Origin: Clostridia bacterium
GTDB taxonomy: Bacteria > Bacillota > Clostridia > Christensenellales > SZUA-584
DNA length: 64,000 nt
Assembly: GCA_018648645.1 (NCBI GenBank)
Contig: JABGQS010000011.1
Coordinates: 1,328-65,327, forward strand
Direction of reading: 5' to 3'
Each line of letters opens with the position of its first letter. Within the stretch, counting starts at the first letter, position 1. The notes under the pieces were generated by a model. It saw nothing but the letters and a program-made list of their open reading frames with translations. It ran no database searches and had not been told where the DNA came from. Made by a program: the position numbers and the translations under genes. Positions 1-9,085 of the stretch are shown one piece after another.

Positions 1-116
1 ATCACGAGTATTAACGAGTAATTCATAGCTTATATATGTTTTCAGACAACCCACCCCAGTTTCTACCCTTATTTACTTCTATACAGCCATATGTTATAAT
101 TAGTACATGATAAAGC

Positions 117-521
117 TTGCAAGCACATCAAATAAAAATAGCCGAAAGGCAGAAACGAGTTAAGAATATGACAAAGAACGAAATGATTAAAAGAGCGTCA
201 GAGGGTGCAGTAAACGACAGTGTTAATGAAGTAGTAAGTAATGAGGTAGTTGAGGCAAAAGAGATAACCAAAGTGTTGGATATAAGCAGGAAGTTCACCG
301 AAGAATTCTTCGCTGAAGCACCAAAGGTAGAGCAAGATTGGATGATTGAACGAAGTGAAGCACTTGTAGCAGAAAAGGGTGATAGAAAGTACTTTGCCGC
401 ATTTCGTTCAGAGTTTGCTAAGAGATACTTTCCAGAGTTGTTCAAAGCAAAGAGTAACGCTAAGAAAGCTTCAATGGTTAGTATGTTCAAGCAGATACAG
501 TTAGAGCAAGCATCTGCATAG
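117..521 (+). CDS. Hypothetical Lys/Glu-rich protein of the integrated element (ATG at 168 is an alternative start)
   Basis: Six-frame ORF in AT-rich DNA beside the integrase. No recognisable motif. Confidence 0.4.
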   Translation: MQAHQIKIAERQKRVKNMTKNEMIKRASEGAVNDSVNEVVSNEVVEAKEITKVLDISRKFTEEFFAEAPKVEQDWMIERSEALVAEKGDRKYFAAFRSEFAKRYFPELFKAKSNAKKASMVSMFKQIQLEQASA

Positions 522-540
522 AGATAGCTAAAGTAGAAAG

Positions 541-777
541 GTGGTGATGATATTGGCAGCGTTGCAAATAAGCGAAGTGACTAAGATTAAGGCTGAACTT
601 ACAAAGAAGTTAGTGTTACATGGTTATACAAAAGAAGATTTAGCAATTAAGCTGTCAGTATCAGATACTACACTTTATGCAAGATTTAAGAATCCCAATA
701 GTTTTAGAAAAGGTGAACTAAGCACACTCTTTGAAGTATTACACTTCACACAAAAAGAAATAGTAAATTTTATGTAA
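541..777 (+). CDS. Small putative HTH-like DNA-binding protein of the integrated element (ATG at 547 is plausible)
   Basis: GAAAGG Shine-Dalgarno-like sequence just upstream. The stretch 'YTKEDLAIKLSVSDTTLYARFKN' resembles a helix-turn-helix. A hairpin follows the gene. Confidence 0.45.
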   Translation: MVMILAALQISEVTKIKAELTKKLVLHGYTKEDLAIKLSVSDTTLYARFKNPNSFRKGELSTLFEVLHFTQKEIVNFM

Positions 778-781
778 ATGT

Positions 782-810
782 AAAGGTGGTGATTACCACC
801 TTTTATTTTA
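782..810. terminator. Bidirectional hairpin between the convergent 78-aa ORF and the integrase
   Basis: aaaggtggt-gatt-accaccttt perfect 9-bp stem flanked by A/T runs. Confidence 0.6.
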
Positions 811-1837
811 CCTTGATATTCGCCTTAAAGAAATCTTCTATGATTAGATTAACTGTAGTATTCTTATCATCAAATATATGTTGATAAACTTTCTTTAGCA
901 TATCGTCTGTAGCGTGTCCTAATCGGTCTTGTGCATATCGATTTGGAACTCCCTCTGATAGCATTACAGAAGCGTTGTAGTGCCGCAATGTATGAAAGCT
1001 TGTTGGTGCATCTACCCGCTTACACAGCCGCCTATAGCGTTGTGAGAAAGCGTTAACTCCCATTGCGAGTAGTGGTTCATCTTTGTCTTTTTCCTTTAGT
1101 TCATCAACTATACTATCAAGCAAAGCTAACTTGCGTTCACTACTGGTTGTCTTAGTTCCCTTAATAACATAAGCACCAGTAACATCTTTCACCACAGCCT
1201 TGTCTATTGTTACCATCTTCTTTTTTAAATCTATATCACTCCAAGTTAAAGCGAATATCTCACTTCTACGCATACCCAACATAGCACCAAGCATCACTGG
1301 TAAATACATATCAGTGCCTTTGGTTTCTTGAAGTATTCTTTCTACTTCATCAGTTGTTGGTATTATTATCTCAACCTTCTTTTTCTTAGGAAGAATAATG
1401 CCATCTATCTTCAATCCACTATGATATTCTCTCAATACAGATGAAAGAAATCCTAAAGCATTTCTAACTGATTTTGGTGCATGGTCTTTAGCATATTCAT
1501 TAATAACCTTCTGTACCTTCTCTTTAGTTATCAACCCCACCCGCATATCAATTATAGAAGCGTAAGCGTTCCTTTTAAGCTGTTGATAACCAACTACAGT
1601 AGAAACACTTAGCACGTTCTCTCTATTGCTTAAAAAGCTTTCTATGGCATCTTTAAAAGAAACATTCTCTGGTCTTGCTTTGTGCTTGTGGTCTACCTCA
1701 AATTGCATAGCAAGGAACTTAGCTTCTTTTGCTGTGCTTGCTGTAAAACCTTTAGATATTTGCTTACCAGTTTCATTTACATAAGATGTTCTAACTCTAT
1801 AATTACCGCTGTTTAGCTTCTCTGCTTTTCCTGCCAT
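803..1837 (-). CDS. Site-specific tyrosine recombinase (phage-type integrase)
   Basis: C-terminal catalytic region 'HTLRHYNASVMLSEGVPNRYAQDRLGHATDDMLKKVYQH' (R..HxxR..Y pattern). AAGGAGG ribosome-binding site upstream. Adjacent to tmRNA. Confidence 0.9.
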   Translation of the reverse strand: MAGKAEKLNSGNYRVRTSYVNETGKQISKGFTASTAKEAKFLAMQFEVDHKHKARPENVSFKDAIESFLSNRENVLSVSTVVGYQQLKRNAYASIIDMRVGLITKEKVQKVINEYAKDHAPKSVRNALGFLSSVLREYHSGLKIDGIILPKKKKVEIIIPTTDEVERILQETKGTDMYLPVMLGAMLGMRRSEIFALTWSDIDLKKKMVTIDKAVVKDVTGAYVIKGTKTTSSERKLALLDSIVDELKEKDKDEPLLAMGVNAFSQRYRRLCKRVDAPTSFHTLRHYNASVMLSEGVPNRYAQDRLGHATDDMLKKVYQHIFDDKNTTVNLIIEDFFKANIKVK

Positions 1838-2029
1838 TGTGTTTCCTCCTTATGTTTCTACTAATAAAATACCATACTATTAGTTAATAAACAAGGTCGT
1901 GGCATATTTCGTGGCATATTTTATTTCAGAATACCGTATAAGTCAGTAATATTCTATTAATCTCTTTAAAATTTTAAAGAGTCTAAATTACAAATAATTC
2001 AGCTAAAAGCCTTTCATATAGGCGTTTTA

Positions 2030-2069
2030 AGCAATAAGAAAAGTAGTTAGACTAATTATCTAACTACTT
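2030..2069 (-). terminator. Hairpin and T-tract immediately downstream of ssrA
   Basis: aagtagttaga/tctaactactt inverted repeat at 2041-2069, followed on the minus strand by ttttcttatt. Confidence 0.55.
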
Positions 2070-2074
2070 TTGTT

Positions 2075-2439
2075 TGGTGGAGGCGAGGGGAGTCGAACCC
2101 CTGTCCGAGAGTTCCGGTGCCTAACTTTCTACGAGTGTAGTATAGCAATTAGATTTCCCACACAGCCAGCTCGCTATACAATGCACGCTATGCAGTAGCT
2201 TCATAAATCCATTCTATGCGCAAAGCTTAGCATAGACAGTTCCCCTAGCTTTTGATGCCTTGGATCCGGCGATTAGGGTGCCGCCGGCAAGACACAAACA
2301 CTACTGCTTAGGCAGCAGCGTAAGTTAGTTCAGAATTATCTGCAACTAAAATTAGGTCCGGACTTTTAACGCAGCTTCCGGGACTGCGACCCGCTTATTA
2401 AGCTCCGACAAACCCCCGTCGAAAGCCAAATACGCCCCC
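2075..2439 (-). ncRNA. ssrA: tmRNA (transfer-messenger RNA)
   Basis: The minus strand reads 5' GGGGGCGTATTTGGCTTTCGACGGGGG ... GGACAGGGGTTCGACTCCCCTCGCCTCCACCA 3', a tRNA-Ala-like acceptor and T-arm. An internal tag frame reads GCA GAT AAT TCT GAA CTA ACT TAC GCT GCT GCC TAA. smpB lies next door. Confidence 0.92.
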
Positions 2440-2464
2440 ACGAAAGTGTTACCTGTTTCCGATA

Positions 2465-2920
2465 CTACCGCGACATCTTGCTGGCAATATCCTGTTGTCT
2501 CTGTGCGTCACGTGCTTTGATATCTTGACGCTTATCATATAGCTTTTTACCCCGCGCTACGCCGACCTCCAGCTTGACCAACCCCTTTTTCAAGTACAGG
2601 GTTAATGGTACAAGCGTGAGACCCTTTTGCGCAACCGAAGAGGTCAGCTTTATAATCTCTTTCTTGTGCAGCAGCAGTTTGCGTGTCCTTATCGGATCAA
2701 GGTTGAACGTGCTGCCTTTCTCATATGGGCTGATGTGCATACCGATGATCTCCACTTCGCCCGCTGCTACGCGCACATACGCCTCTTTTATGTTAGCCAT
2801 GCCGGCCCTAATCGACTTGACCTCGCTGCCTTTAAGCGCAAGACCCGCCTCGTAAGTCTCTTCGATAAAATACTCGTGGCGTGCTTTTTTGTTTTTAGTC
2901 AGTATTTTCACGTTGTCCAA
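2465..2920 (-). CDS. smpB: SsrA-binding protein SmpB
   Basis: '[30 protein letters not shown]' is the canonical SmpB N-terminus. Length 151 aa. Adjacent to ssrA. Confidence 0.95.
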   Translation of the reverse strand: MDNVKILTKNKKARHEYFIEETYEAGLALKGSEVKSIRAGMANIKEAYVRVAAGEVEIIGMHISPYEKGSTFNLDPIRTRKLLLHKKEIIKLTSSVAQKGLTLVPLTLYLKKGLVKLEVGVARGKKLYDKRQDIKARDAQRQQDIASKMSR

Positions 2921-2935
2921 AAAACCACTCCTTTT

Positions 2936-5023
2936 CTACTTTGCCGGCTCAAACTCTATCCTTGGCGGGAACACACTGACACCGACAACCCTGATCTTTT
3001 TCTCGTCACCAAGGCTGATTCTTTTGCCCGTTCGCTCGCCCACAACGCAGTAGTTATTCTCGTCAAAAACGTAGTAGTCGCCGCTTAAGGAAGATAAGGG
3101 TATCACACCCTCAACAGTGTTGTCAAGCTCGACAAAAATCACGTTTCGCATCACGCCGCTGACCACGCCGTCGTACACTCTGCCCTCTTTGCCCATCATG
3201 TATTCGGCCTTCTTCATGTCGTCCACCTGACGCTCTGCCTGCATAGCCGCGCGCTCTCTAAGGCTGCTGTTTTTGCATATCTCGTCTATCTTGGCGTCAA
3301 GCTCTTCTAAGTACTTAAGCGTCAGTCTTCCGCCGATGTCGTGCTTGATAATGCGGTGTGCGGCAAGGTCCGGATATCGCCTTATCGGCGACGTGAAGTG
3401 ACAATAGTACTCGAAACTGAGTCCAAAGTGCCCATTGCACTCGCTTAGATACTCCGCCTTTTTGAGCGACCGCAGCATAATCTGATTTATGATGTTCTCG
3501 TGCGGTGTGCCCTTAAGGTCAGAGAGCACCTTTTGCAGCATCTTAGGGTGCACGTTCTCGAGCTTGCCTTTGATGCGGTAACCGAGGTTACTGCACAGCA
3601 GCCCAAACGCTTTCATCTTGTCCTCGTCCGGCTTTTCGTGAACGCGGTACACAAACGGTATCTCACGCCAAAAATACTCTTCGGCCACTGTTCGGTTTGC
3701 CGCCAGCATAAACTCTTCGATCAATCGTTCTGCAACGCCACGCTCGCGCGGCAACAGGTCGATCACGTGCCCGTCCGCGTCGTACTTAAACTCGGTTTCG
3801 TTAAGCTCAAAATCGATGCTGCCTTTGACTTCGCGGCGCTTGCGCATGATTTTCGCCAACCGCTTCATGTGCTTTAGTTCACCAACAATATCCTTATACT
3901 TCTTTTGCAGCTTTTTGTCCTGCCCATCAAATATAGCGTTCACATCGTTGTACGTCATGCGGTGCTTGCTGCGTATCACGCTTTCGCTGATTTTGCTGTG
4001 GCTGATTCGCCCGTCTTCCTCTATCGTCATGATGCACGACAGCGTCAATCTGTCTTCGCCTTGCGTCAGCGAGCATATTCCGTTGCTCAGCGATTTTGGG
4101 AGCATCGGTATCACGAAATCTGCGAGATACACGCTTGTGCCCCGCTCCTGCGCTTCCTTGTCGAGCTTTGTGCCCTCAAGCACATAATGCGCGACATCGG
4201 CAATGTGCACACCCAGCTCATAGCCTTGCGGCAACTTTTTGATAGACACCGCATCGTCAAGGTCCTTTGCGCTCTCCCCATCAATGGTGAACACCGTCTG
4301 CTTGCGCAAATCGAGTCTGCCCTTGCTGCTCATCTTGCGCTGCGCCGCAGCCTTTGCTTCGTACTCAACCTCTTGGCTGAAATCCTCCGGCAAATCGAAC
4401 CGCTTGATATAGCTTAGAATCTCAACGCTGTTAACGCCCGCGTCGCCAAGCACCTCGACTATTTTACCCTCAGGGCTTTTATCGCCCGCCGCACGCTTAA
4501 CTATCGCCGCGACTACCTTTTGACCGCTCTTTGCGCCGCTCATATACTTCTTTGGCACATATACATCGTCCATACGCTCGTCGTCCGGCACTATAAACTT
4601 GCCCGAAAGCAGCCCAACCACACGGCGCTCTTCGCTGCCGAGAATTTGCACAACTTTGCCTTCGCGCTTGCGGTGCGTCTGCTTACCGCTAAGCATCCTC
4701 ACAGCAACCAAATCGCCGTTCATCGCGCCCGCTTTGTTATCCGCGCTAACAAATATGTCGCCGTCCTCGTCCAGCAGGAATGCAAACCCAAGTCGTTTTA
4801 CTTCGAGCCTGCCCGTAAACATGCCAAAGCTGCCCGGCAAAAACAGTTTGCCATTCTTGCTGCTCATCACTTTGCCTTCGCTAATCAGCGCGCGCACAGC
4901 TTCCCTAACGCTGCCCGGTTTCTCTTCCGTGCCCTTAAGCAGCGTCTCAAACTCTATTTTGTTTTTATTATCGGCAAGTACTGCCAATATGTGTTCTCTT
5001 ATTTCCAATTTGTTTCCTTCCAT
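2936..5023 (-). CDS. rnr: Ribonuclease R (3'-5' exoribonuclease, RNB and S1 domains)
   Basis: The long ORF has an RNB-type core ('DLDDAVS', 'HFGLSFEYYCHFTSPIRRYPDL') and a C-terminal S1 domain. The ORF is open to 5080, but ATG 5023 (MEGNK...) has an AGGA-type ribosome-binding site. Conserved secG-rnr-smpB-ssrA synteny. Confidence 0.9.
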   Translation of the reverse strand: MEGNKLEIREHILAVLADNKNKIEFETLLKGTEEKPGSVREAVRALISEGKVMSSKNGKLFLPGSFGMFTGRLEVKRLGFAFLLDEDGDIFVSADNKAGAMNGDLVAVRMLSGKQTHRKREGKVVQILGSEERRVVGLLSGKFIVPDDERMDDVYVPKKYMSGAKSGQKVVAAIVKRAAGDKSPEGKIVEVLGDAGVNSVEILSYIKRFDLPEDFSQEVEYEAKAAAQRKMSSKGRLDLRKQTVFTIDGESAKDLDDAVSIKKLPQGYELGVHIADVAHYVLEGTKLDKEAQERGTSVYLADFVIPMLPKSLSNGICSLTQGEDRLTLSCIMTIEEDGRISHSKISESVIRSKHRMTYNDVNAIFDGQDKKLQKKYKDIVGELKHMKRLAKIMRKRREVKGSIDFELNETEFKYDADGHVIDLLPRERGVAERLIEEFMLAANRTVAEEYFWREIPFVYRVHEKPDEDKMKAFGLLCSNLGYRIKGKLENVHPKMLQKVLSDLKGTPHENIINQIMLRSLKKAEYLSECNGHFGLSFEYYCHFTSPIRRYPDLAAHRIIKHDIGGRLTLKYLEELDAKIDEICKNSSLRERAAMQAERQVDDMKKAEYMMGKEGRVYDGVVSGVMRNVIFVELDNTVEGVIPLSSLSGDYYVFDENNYCVVGERTGKRISLGDEKKIRVVGVSVFPPRIEFEPAK

Positions 5024-5157
5024 ATTCCTGTCCTGTTTCTCTCCTTCTATTATACACCTGTTTATGCAATATATACACAAAATCGGTATTTGTCTCTAAT
5101 TGTTTACATCGCGCAGATTCGCGAGCGTTGCCTGCTCTGCTCACCTAAACCACGGCA

Positions 5158-5195
5158 ATATAAAACGCCTTCCGCAGATTTACGAAAGGCGTTTA
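5158..5195 (-). terminator. Rho-independent terminator after secG
   Basis: aaacgcctt...aaggcgttt stem followed by a T-tract on the minus strand. Confidence 0.6.
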
Positions 5196-5215
5196 ACACT
5201 CATTAGTAAAATTCG

Positions 5216-5575
5216 CTACTCGGTGGCTTCCTCAGCAGGCTCGTCCGGCATAACTAAATCTTCCGGCACTACCGTCTGCTGCACAGCCGGTGTCGCTTCA
5301 GGTAAACCCACTTCGTCGGTACTTGGCATAAAATACACCTGAATGACAACCAGCCCAATGGCCAGCAGCATAATACCAATCGCAACAACTTTCGTTAGTG
5401 TCTTAAGCGTTCCTTCATAACTCTTAGCCTTGCTCTTTCCCATAAACTGCTCTGCAGCGCCGCCGATGTCTCCTGAAAGACCTGCCGACTTGCCCGATTG
5501 CAACAACACGACCGCAATCATGAACAGTGCGAATAAACAAAGTACTATTTCTATTACAAGTACTAAAACGTCCAT
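5216..5575 (-). CDS. secG: Preprotein translocase subunit SecG (with extended acidic C-terminus)
   Basis: 'LFALFMIAVVLLQSGKSAGLSGDIGG' is a SecG signature. Two TM helices. GGAGG ribosome-binding site. Confidence 0.85.
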   Translation of the reverse strand: MDVLVLVIEIVLCLFALFMIAVVLLQSGKSAGLSGDIGGAAEQFMGKSKAKSYEGTLKTLTKVVAIGIMLLAIGLVVIQVYFMPSTDEVGLPEATPAVQQTVVPEDLVMPDEPAEEATE

Positions 5576-5680
5576 TACTACCTCCTAAAAATCTACAGCA
5601 CGAGTATTCTAACACGCAGCCGTGCAAAAAGCAAGAGAAAAATACACGGCTTTTTAAATAATATACCGCAATATTTTCCG

Positions 5681-6838
5681 CTACTCTAAAGGCTCTTTTA
5701 CGTCCTTTTCGTGGCTGTTTTCATCCGGCTTATTGCCGGTTTTGTCACCGTTATTATTGTCTGCGTTGCTGCCGCCATTCTTTTCATTAGCGGCATTGCT
5801 ATCGCCACTACTAATATCGTCGGCTTTATTATCACCGCTCTTGCTATCCGCGGGATTTGCTTGCGCAGCTTCGTCCTCGCCGGCCTCGCCTTGGTGCTTG
5901 CCGCACGGTTTGTCATTGCCGCCGCACCCGCCATTGCACTGCGGCTTGTCTTGCGGGTTGCCTTGCTGCTTTCCTTGTCCCTTGCCTTGCTGCTTTCCTT
6001 TTCCTTTGCCCTGCGGCCTTGCAGCGCTTTTGATTACAACAATATCAGCCAGGTCAAACGACTCTATATCGTAGCTTTCGTCCGGCAGGACGATTTTCAC
6101 ACGCACCTTTTCTGTAATTGCGTTGTTGTCGAGTACCACGCCATTGCCGTTTGGTGTTTCCACCGTGCTGCCTTGCCTTGGCATGCGGCGTTTCGTTTCC
6201 TTGTAATGCTCGTGCTCATAGTTAAGGCAGCACATCAGCCTTCCGCACAGCCCGCTTATCTTGGTGGGCGATAGCGACAGATTCTGCTCTTTTGCCATCT
6301 TTATTGACACCGGGTTAAAGTCGCCAAGGAAATATGAACAGCAGCACTCTCGCCCGCAGGGTCCAAGACCCCCAAGCATTTTTGCTTCGTCCCTAACGCC
6401 AATTTGTCTTAGCTCAATACGCGTTTTAAACACACCCGCTAAATCTTTGACAAGCTCCCTAAAATCGACACGCCCGTCTGCTGTAAAATAGAATACAATC
6501 CTGCTGTTGTCAAACGTGTGCTCTACGTCAACAAGCTTCATATCAAGCCCGTGATTTGCGATTTTCTCCTGGCACGTTTTAAACGCGCCCGCTTGCTTTC
6601 GCTTGTTGTCTTCTATCTTTTTCTCGTCTTTGCTGTTGGCGCGCCGCACAACTTTTTTCAGCGGTGCTACAAGGTCTTTTTCGTTTACCTCTTTGCTGTC
6701 AATAACAACCTCGCCGTATTCCGTGCCTTTCGAAGTCTCTACTATAGCAAAATCGCCTTTCTTAAAAACTATACTTCCGGGTGTAAAATAATAAATTTTT
6801 CCTACCCGTTTAAATCTTACTCCGATTACTTTTTCCAT
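5681..6838 (-). CDS. ricT: PSP1-domain protein RicT/YaaT with a long low-complexity C-terminal tail
   Basis: N-terminus 'VIGVRFKRVGKIYYF' and the Cys-rich 'GPCGRECCCSYFL...LCGRLMCCLNYE' PSP1 core. Sits downstream of holB, as in Bacillus. Confidence 0.85.
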   Translation of the reverse strand: MEKVIGVRFKRVGKIYYFTPGSIVFKKGDFAIVETSKGTEYGEVVIDSKEVNEKDLVAPLKKVVRRANSKDEKKIEDNKRKQAGAFKTCQEKIANHGLDMKLVDVEHTFDNSRIVFYFTADGRVDFRELVKDLAGVFKTRIELRQIGVRDEAKMLGGLGPCGRECCCSYFLGDFNPVSIKMAKEQNLSLSPTKISGLCGRLMCCLNYEHEHYKETKRRMPRQGSTVETPNGNGVVLDNNAITEKVRVKIVLPDESYDIESFDLADIVVIKSAARPQGKGKGKQQGKGQGKQQGNPQDKPQCNGGCGGNDKPCGKHQGEAGEDEAAQANPADSKSGDNKADDISSGDSNAANEKNGGSNADNNNGDKTGNKPDENSHEKDVKEPLE

Positions 6839-7773
6839 CTGTTTCGCTCCTCCAGTATATCAAAAAGCATTTTCTCAGCGGCCAGCCTAAAGTTGACCGG
6901 GATCAAAAACCTTCTCTCTGCTTCAAGTATAACCCTTATCATATTACTAATTGCGCCGCTTGTAAAGTGCGAGGCATTCCGCTCTATTTCGCTGCGCCAA
7001 TCGAGGTTTGCGATAAGCGCGGGATTGCGCGTTTTCTGCTGCACCGATATATCGTGCAAAAACGACTGCATGACGCCAACTACATCGGCGATACGTTCCT
7101 TACCGCTTTCCAGGAAATCGGCGGTTGCGCTGATTGCGCTGCTTTTTTGATTGATTAGCTTGTGCGTGTGCTCTATCGTCTCGCTCCTCAATTTCATAAA
7201 CGCCTTATCATTATATATACGCACCGCTTCATCAGCAAATCCGCCCGACAAATCTTTCAGCACACGAGCACTCGTATCATCAATATCCAGTTCCCGCATG
7301 ATTTGCTGAGTAAAGTCCTCATCCGGCGTTAAGTGCACGATAGCGCATCGGCTGGCGATTGTCGGCAGCACACCGGCTACCGAGCGCGAGCTTAGCAGTA
7401 TCACGCTGTCGCGCGGCGGCGACTCCAGCGTCTTTAGCATGCTGTTTGCGGCAGAAGGGTTCATGTCGTCCGCTTTTTCGACCACGATCGTTTTGTATAC
7501 GCCGTCGACCGCCTTTTGCGAAACGAAGCCAATCGCATCGCGAAACTCGTCCACCTTTGGCGCGGACAATCGCAGAATATCTACGTGACCGCCCTTCACC
7601 TTTTTGCAGTCCGCGCAAGTGCCGCAGCCACCTTTTTTGCAATACAGCCGCGTCAAAAAAAGCTCGCAAAGCTTTAGGGCAACCTCGCTGCGTTTGCACA
7701 CTATCAAGTATGCACCGAGTATTTTTCCGGTATTTGCAGACTCAAGAAAGCTCTGCTTCAATATGCTGCTCAA
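6826..7773 (-). CDS. holB: DNA polymerase III subunit delta'
   Basis: AAA+ clamp-loader fold with a zinc module 'CGTCADCKK'. Overlaps tmk and ricT in a tmk-holB-yaaT arrangement. Confidence 0.85.
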   Translation of the reverse strand: MSSILKQSFLESANTGKILGAYLIVCKRSEVALKLCELFLTRLYCKKGGCGTCADCKKVKGGHVDILRLSAPKVDEFRDAIGFVSQKAVDGVYKTIVVEKADDMNPSAANSMLKTLESPPRDSVILLSSRSVAGVLPTIASRCAIVHLTPDEDFTQQIMRELDIDDTSARVLKDLSGGFADEAVRIYNDKAFMKLRSETIEHTHKLINQKSSAISATADFLESGKERIADVVGVMQSFLHDISVQQKTRNPALIANLDWRSEIERNASHFTSGAISNMIRVILEAERRFLIPVNFRLAAEKMLFDILEERNRWKK

Positions 7774-8402
7774 TCGAGTATACCTGCCTGCTTAAACGTT
7801 GGCATCAGCGCACGCTTTATAACCTCGTGTGTTTCAAACTTAGTACCGTTTGCGTCTATCGCCAATATGTCCGGACTTTTTGCGAGTTTCTGAAACCCTT
7901 CAAACACGCGCTCGTGAAAGCTCATGTCCTCTTTTTCTATCCTGTCGTATTCTTTCAGCTCGTTCATGCGACCAAATGCGCGCTCGGGCGAAAAGTTCAT
8001 GAACACCGTGATGTCCGGCATATATCCCATGATGGCAAACTCGTTGATTGCCCTTACTTCATCCACGCCAAGCTGTCTGCCATAGCCTTGGTACGCCAGC
8101 GACGAGTACATGAAGCGGTCGCAAAGCACAACCCTGCCTGCGTCCACCGCCGGTTTGATTATCTCGTAAACGTGCTGTGCCCTTGCCGCGGCATAAAGCA
8201 GCGCTTCGGTCTGCGCAGACATGTCCTCAATGTCTCTGTCCAGCACGATGTCGCGTATGCGCTCTGAAACAGGGCATCCACCGGGCTCCCTCGTGCTTAC
8301 TACATCGACGCCCTGCTCACGCAAGAACTCTGCCATAAAACGCAGCTGCGTGCTTTTACCACAACCGTCCGCGCCTTCAAAAGCAATAAATAATCCTGCC
8401 AT
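7770..8402 (-). CDS. tmk: Thymidylate kinase
   Basis: P-loop 'FIAFEGADGCGKSTQ' and DRF/Y motif 'LCDRFMYSSLAYQG'. Confidence 0.95.
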   Translation of the reverse strand: MAGLFIAFEGADGCGKSTQLRFMAEFLREQGVDVVSTREPGGCPVSERIRDIVLDRDIEDMSAQTEALLYAAARAQHVYEIIKPAVDAGRVVLCDRFMYSSLAYQGYGRQLGVDEVRAINEFAIMGYMPDITVFMNFSPERAFGRMNELKEYDRIEKEDMSFHERVFEGFQKLAKSPDILAIDANGTKFETHEVIKRALMPTFKQAGILD

Positions 8403-9085
8403 TAACTCTTCCTCCCAAGTAACGTACTTAAATCAGTCACGCTGTCAACGATAATATCGCATCCCGCGTCATTCAACTCGTCAAAGCTCCCGTATCCGTA
8501 AAGCACGCCGACCGTGCCAAATCCGATGTGGTGTCCTGCAATCACGTCGTGGTTTCTGTCCCCCACCATCACAGCATTTCTCGGCGTCTCGCCGATAATC
8601 TGCACCGCGCGATCCAGCACTTTCTGCTTGTGCATGATGTTCAAATCGTGCCTCGCGCCAAAAATGCCGGCGAACAAGTGCGTGATGCCGTACATCTCAG
8701 TAATCTGCTTAGCTTGATCCTCCGGCTTCAATGTCGCGATATACACCGTCTTTCCCGAAGCTCTCATGTCCTCTATCGCGTCTGCGATACCGTCATACAT
8801 CGAGCTTTCAAAAATACCAATGCCGTCGTAATATTCTCTGTAGTACACATATGCTTCCGCCGCTTGTGCTTCGTCGAACCCATACTCCTCGCGCAAATGC
8901 ACTTTGATGGTCGGACCGACAAACATGTTCAGCTCGGTTTCGCTGATTTTCCTGTATCCGATTTTGTCAAACATGTACTTCACGCCGTTTTTACAGCTCG
9001 TGCCCGATTTTGACACCGTGCCGTCAAGATCCAAAAACACCGTGTCAACTTTGCTGATGTCGTACCCCGTGATGTTGTTTATCAT
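8402..9085 (-). CDS. HAD-superfamily hydrolase (phosphatase-like)
   Basis: Motif I 'FLDLDGTV' and motif IV 'VGDRNHD'. Confidence 0.8.
   Translation of the reverse strand: MINNITGYDISKVDTVFLDLDGTVSKSGTSCKNGVKYMFDKIGYRKISETELNMFVGPTIKVHLREEYGFDEAQAAEAYVYYREYYDGIGIFESSMYDGIADAIEDMRASGKTVYIATLKPEDQAKQITEMYGITHLFAGIFGARHDLNIMHKQKVLDRAVQIIGETPRNAVMVGDRNHDVIAGHHIGFGTVGVLYGYGSFDELNDAGCDIIVDSVTDLSTLLGRKS

Larger units (their letters stand above)
1..2074. mobile_element. End of an integrative element or prophage inserted at the 3' end of ssrA; it continues beyond the window start
   Basis: A tyrosine integrase lies directly next to the tmRNA 3' end. The region is visibly AT-rich compared with the DNA to its right. 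It carries small non-housekeeping ORFs. Confidence 0.55.

Noticed and set aside
3500-5206. Several long + strand ORFs (3500-3877, 3905-4417, 4520-5206, 4599-5099) inside the rnr region
   Set aside because: They lie antisense to a clearly recognisable RNase R gene. They have no ribosome-binding sites, and their Leu/Arg/Ala/Ser-rich composition is typical of shadow frames.
7359-8267. 302-aa + strand ORF overlapping holB and tmk
   Set aside because: It is antisense to two confidently identified genes. Its Arg/Cys/Ser-rich composition looks like nonsense, so it is treated as a shadow ORF.
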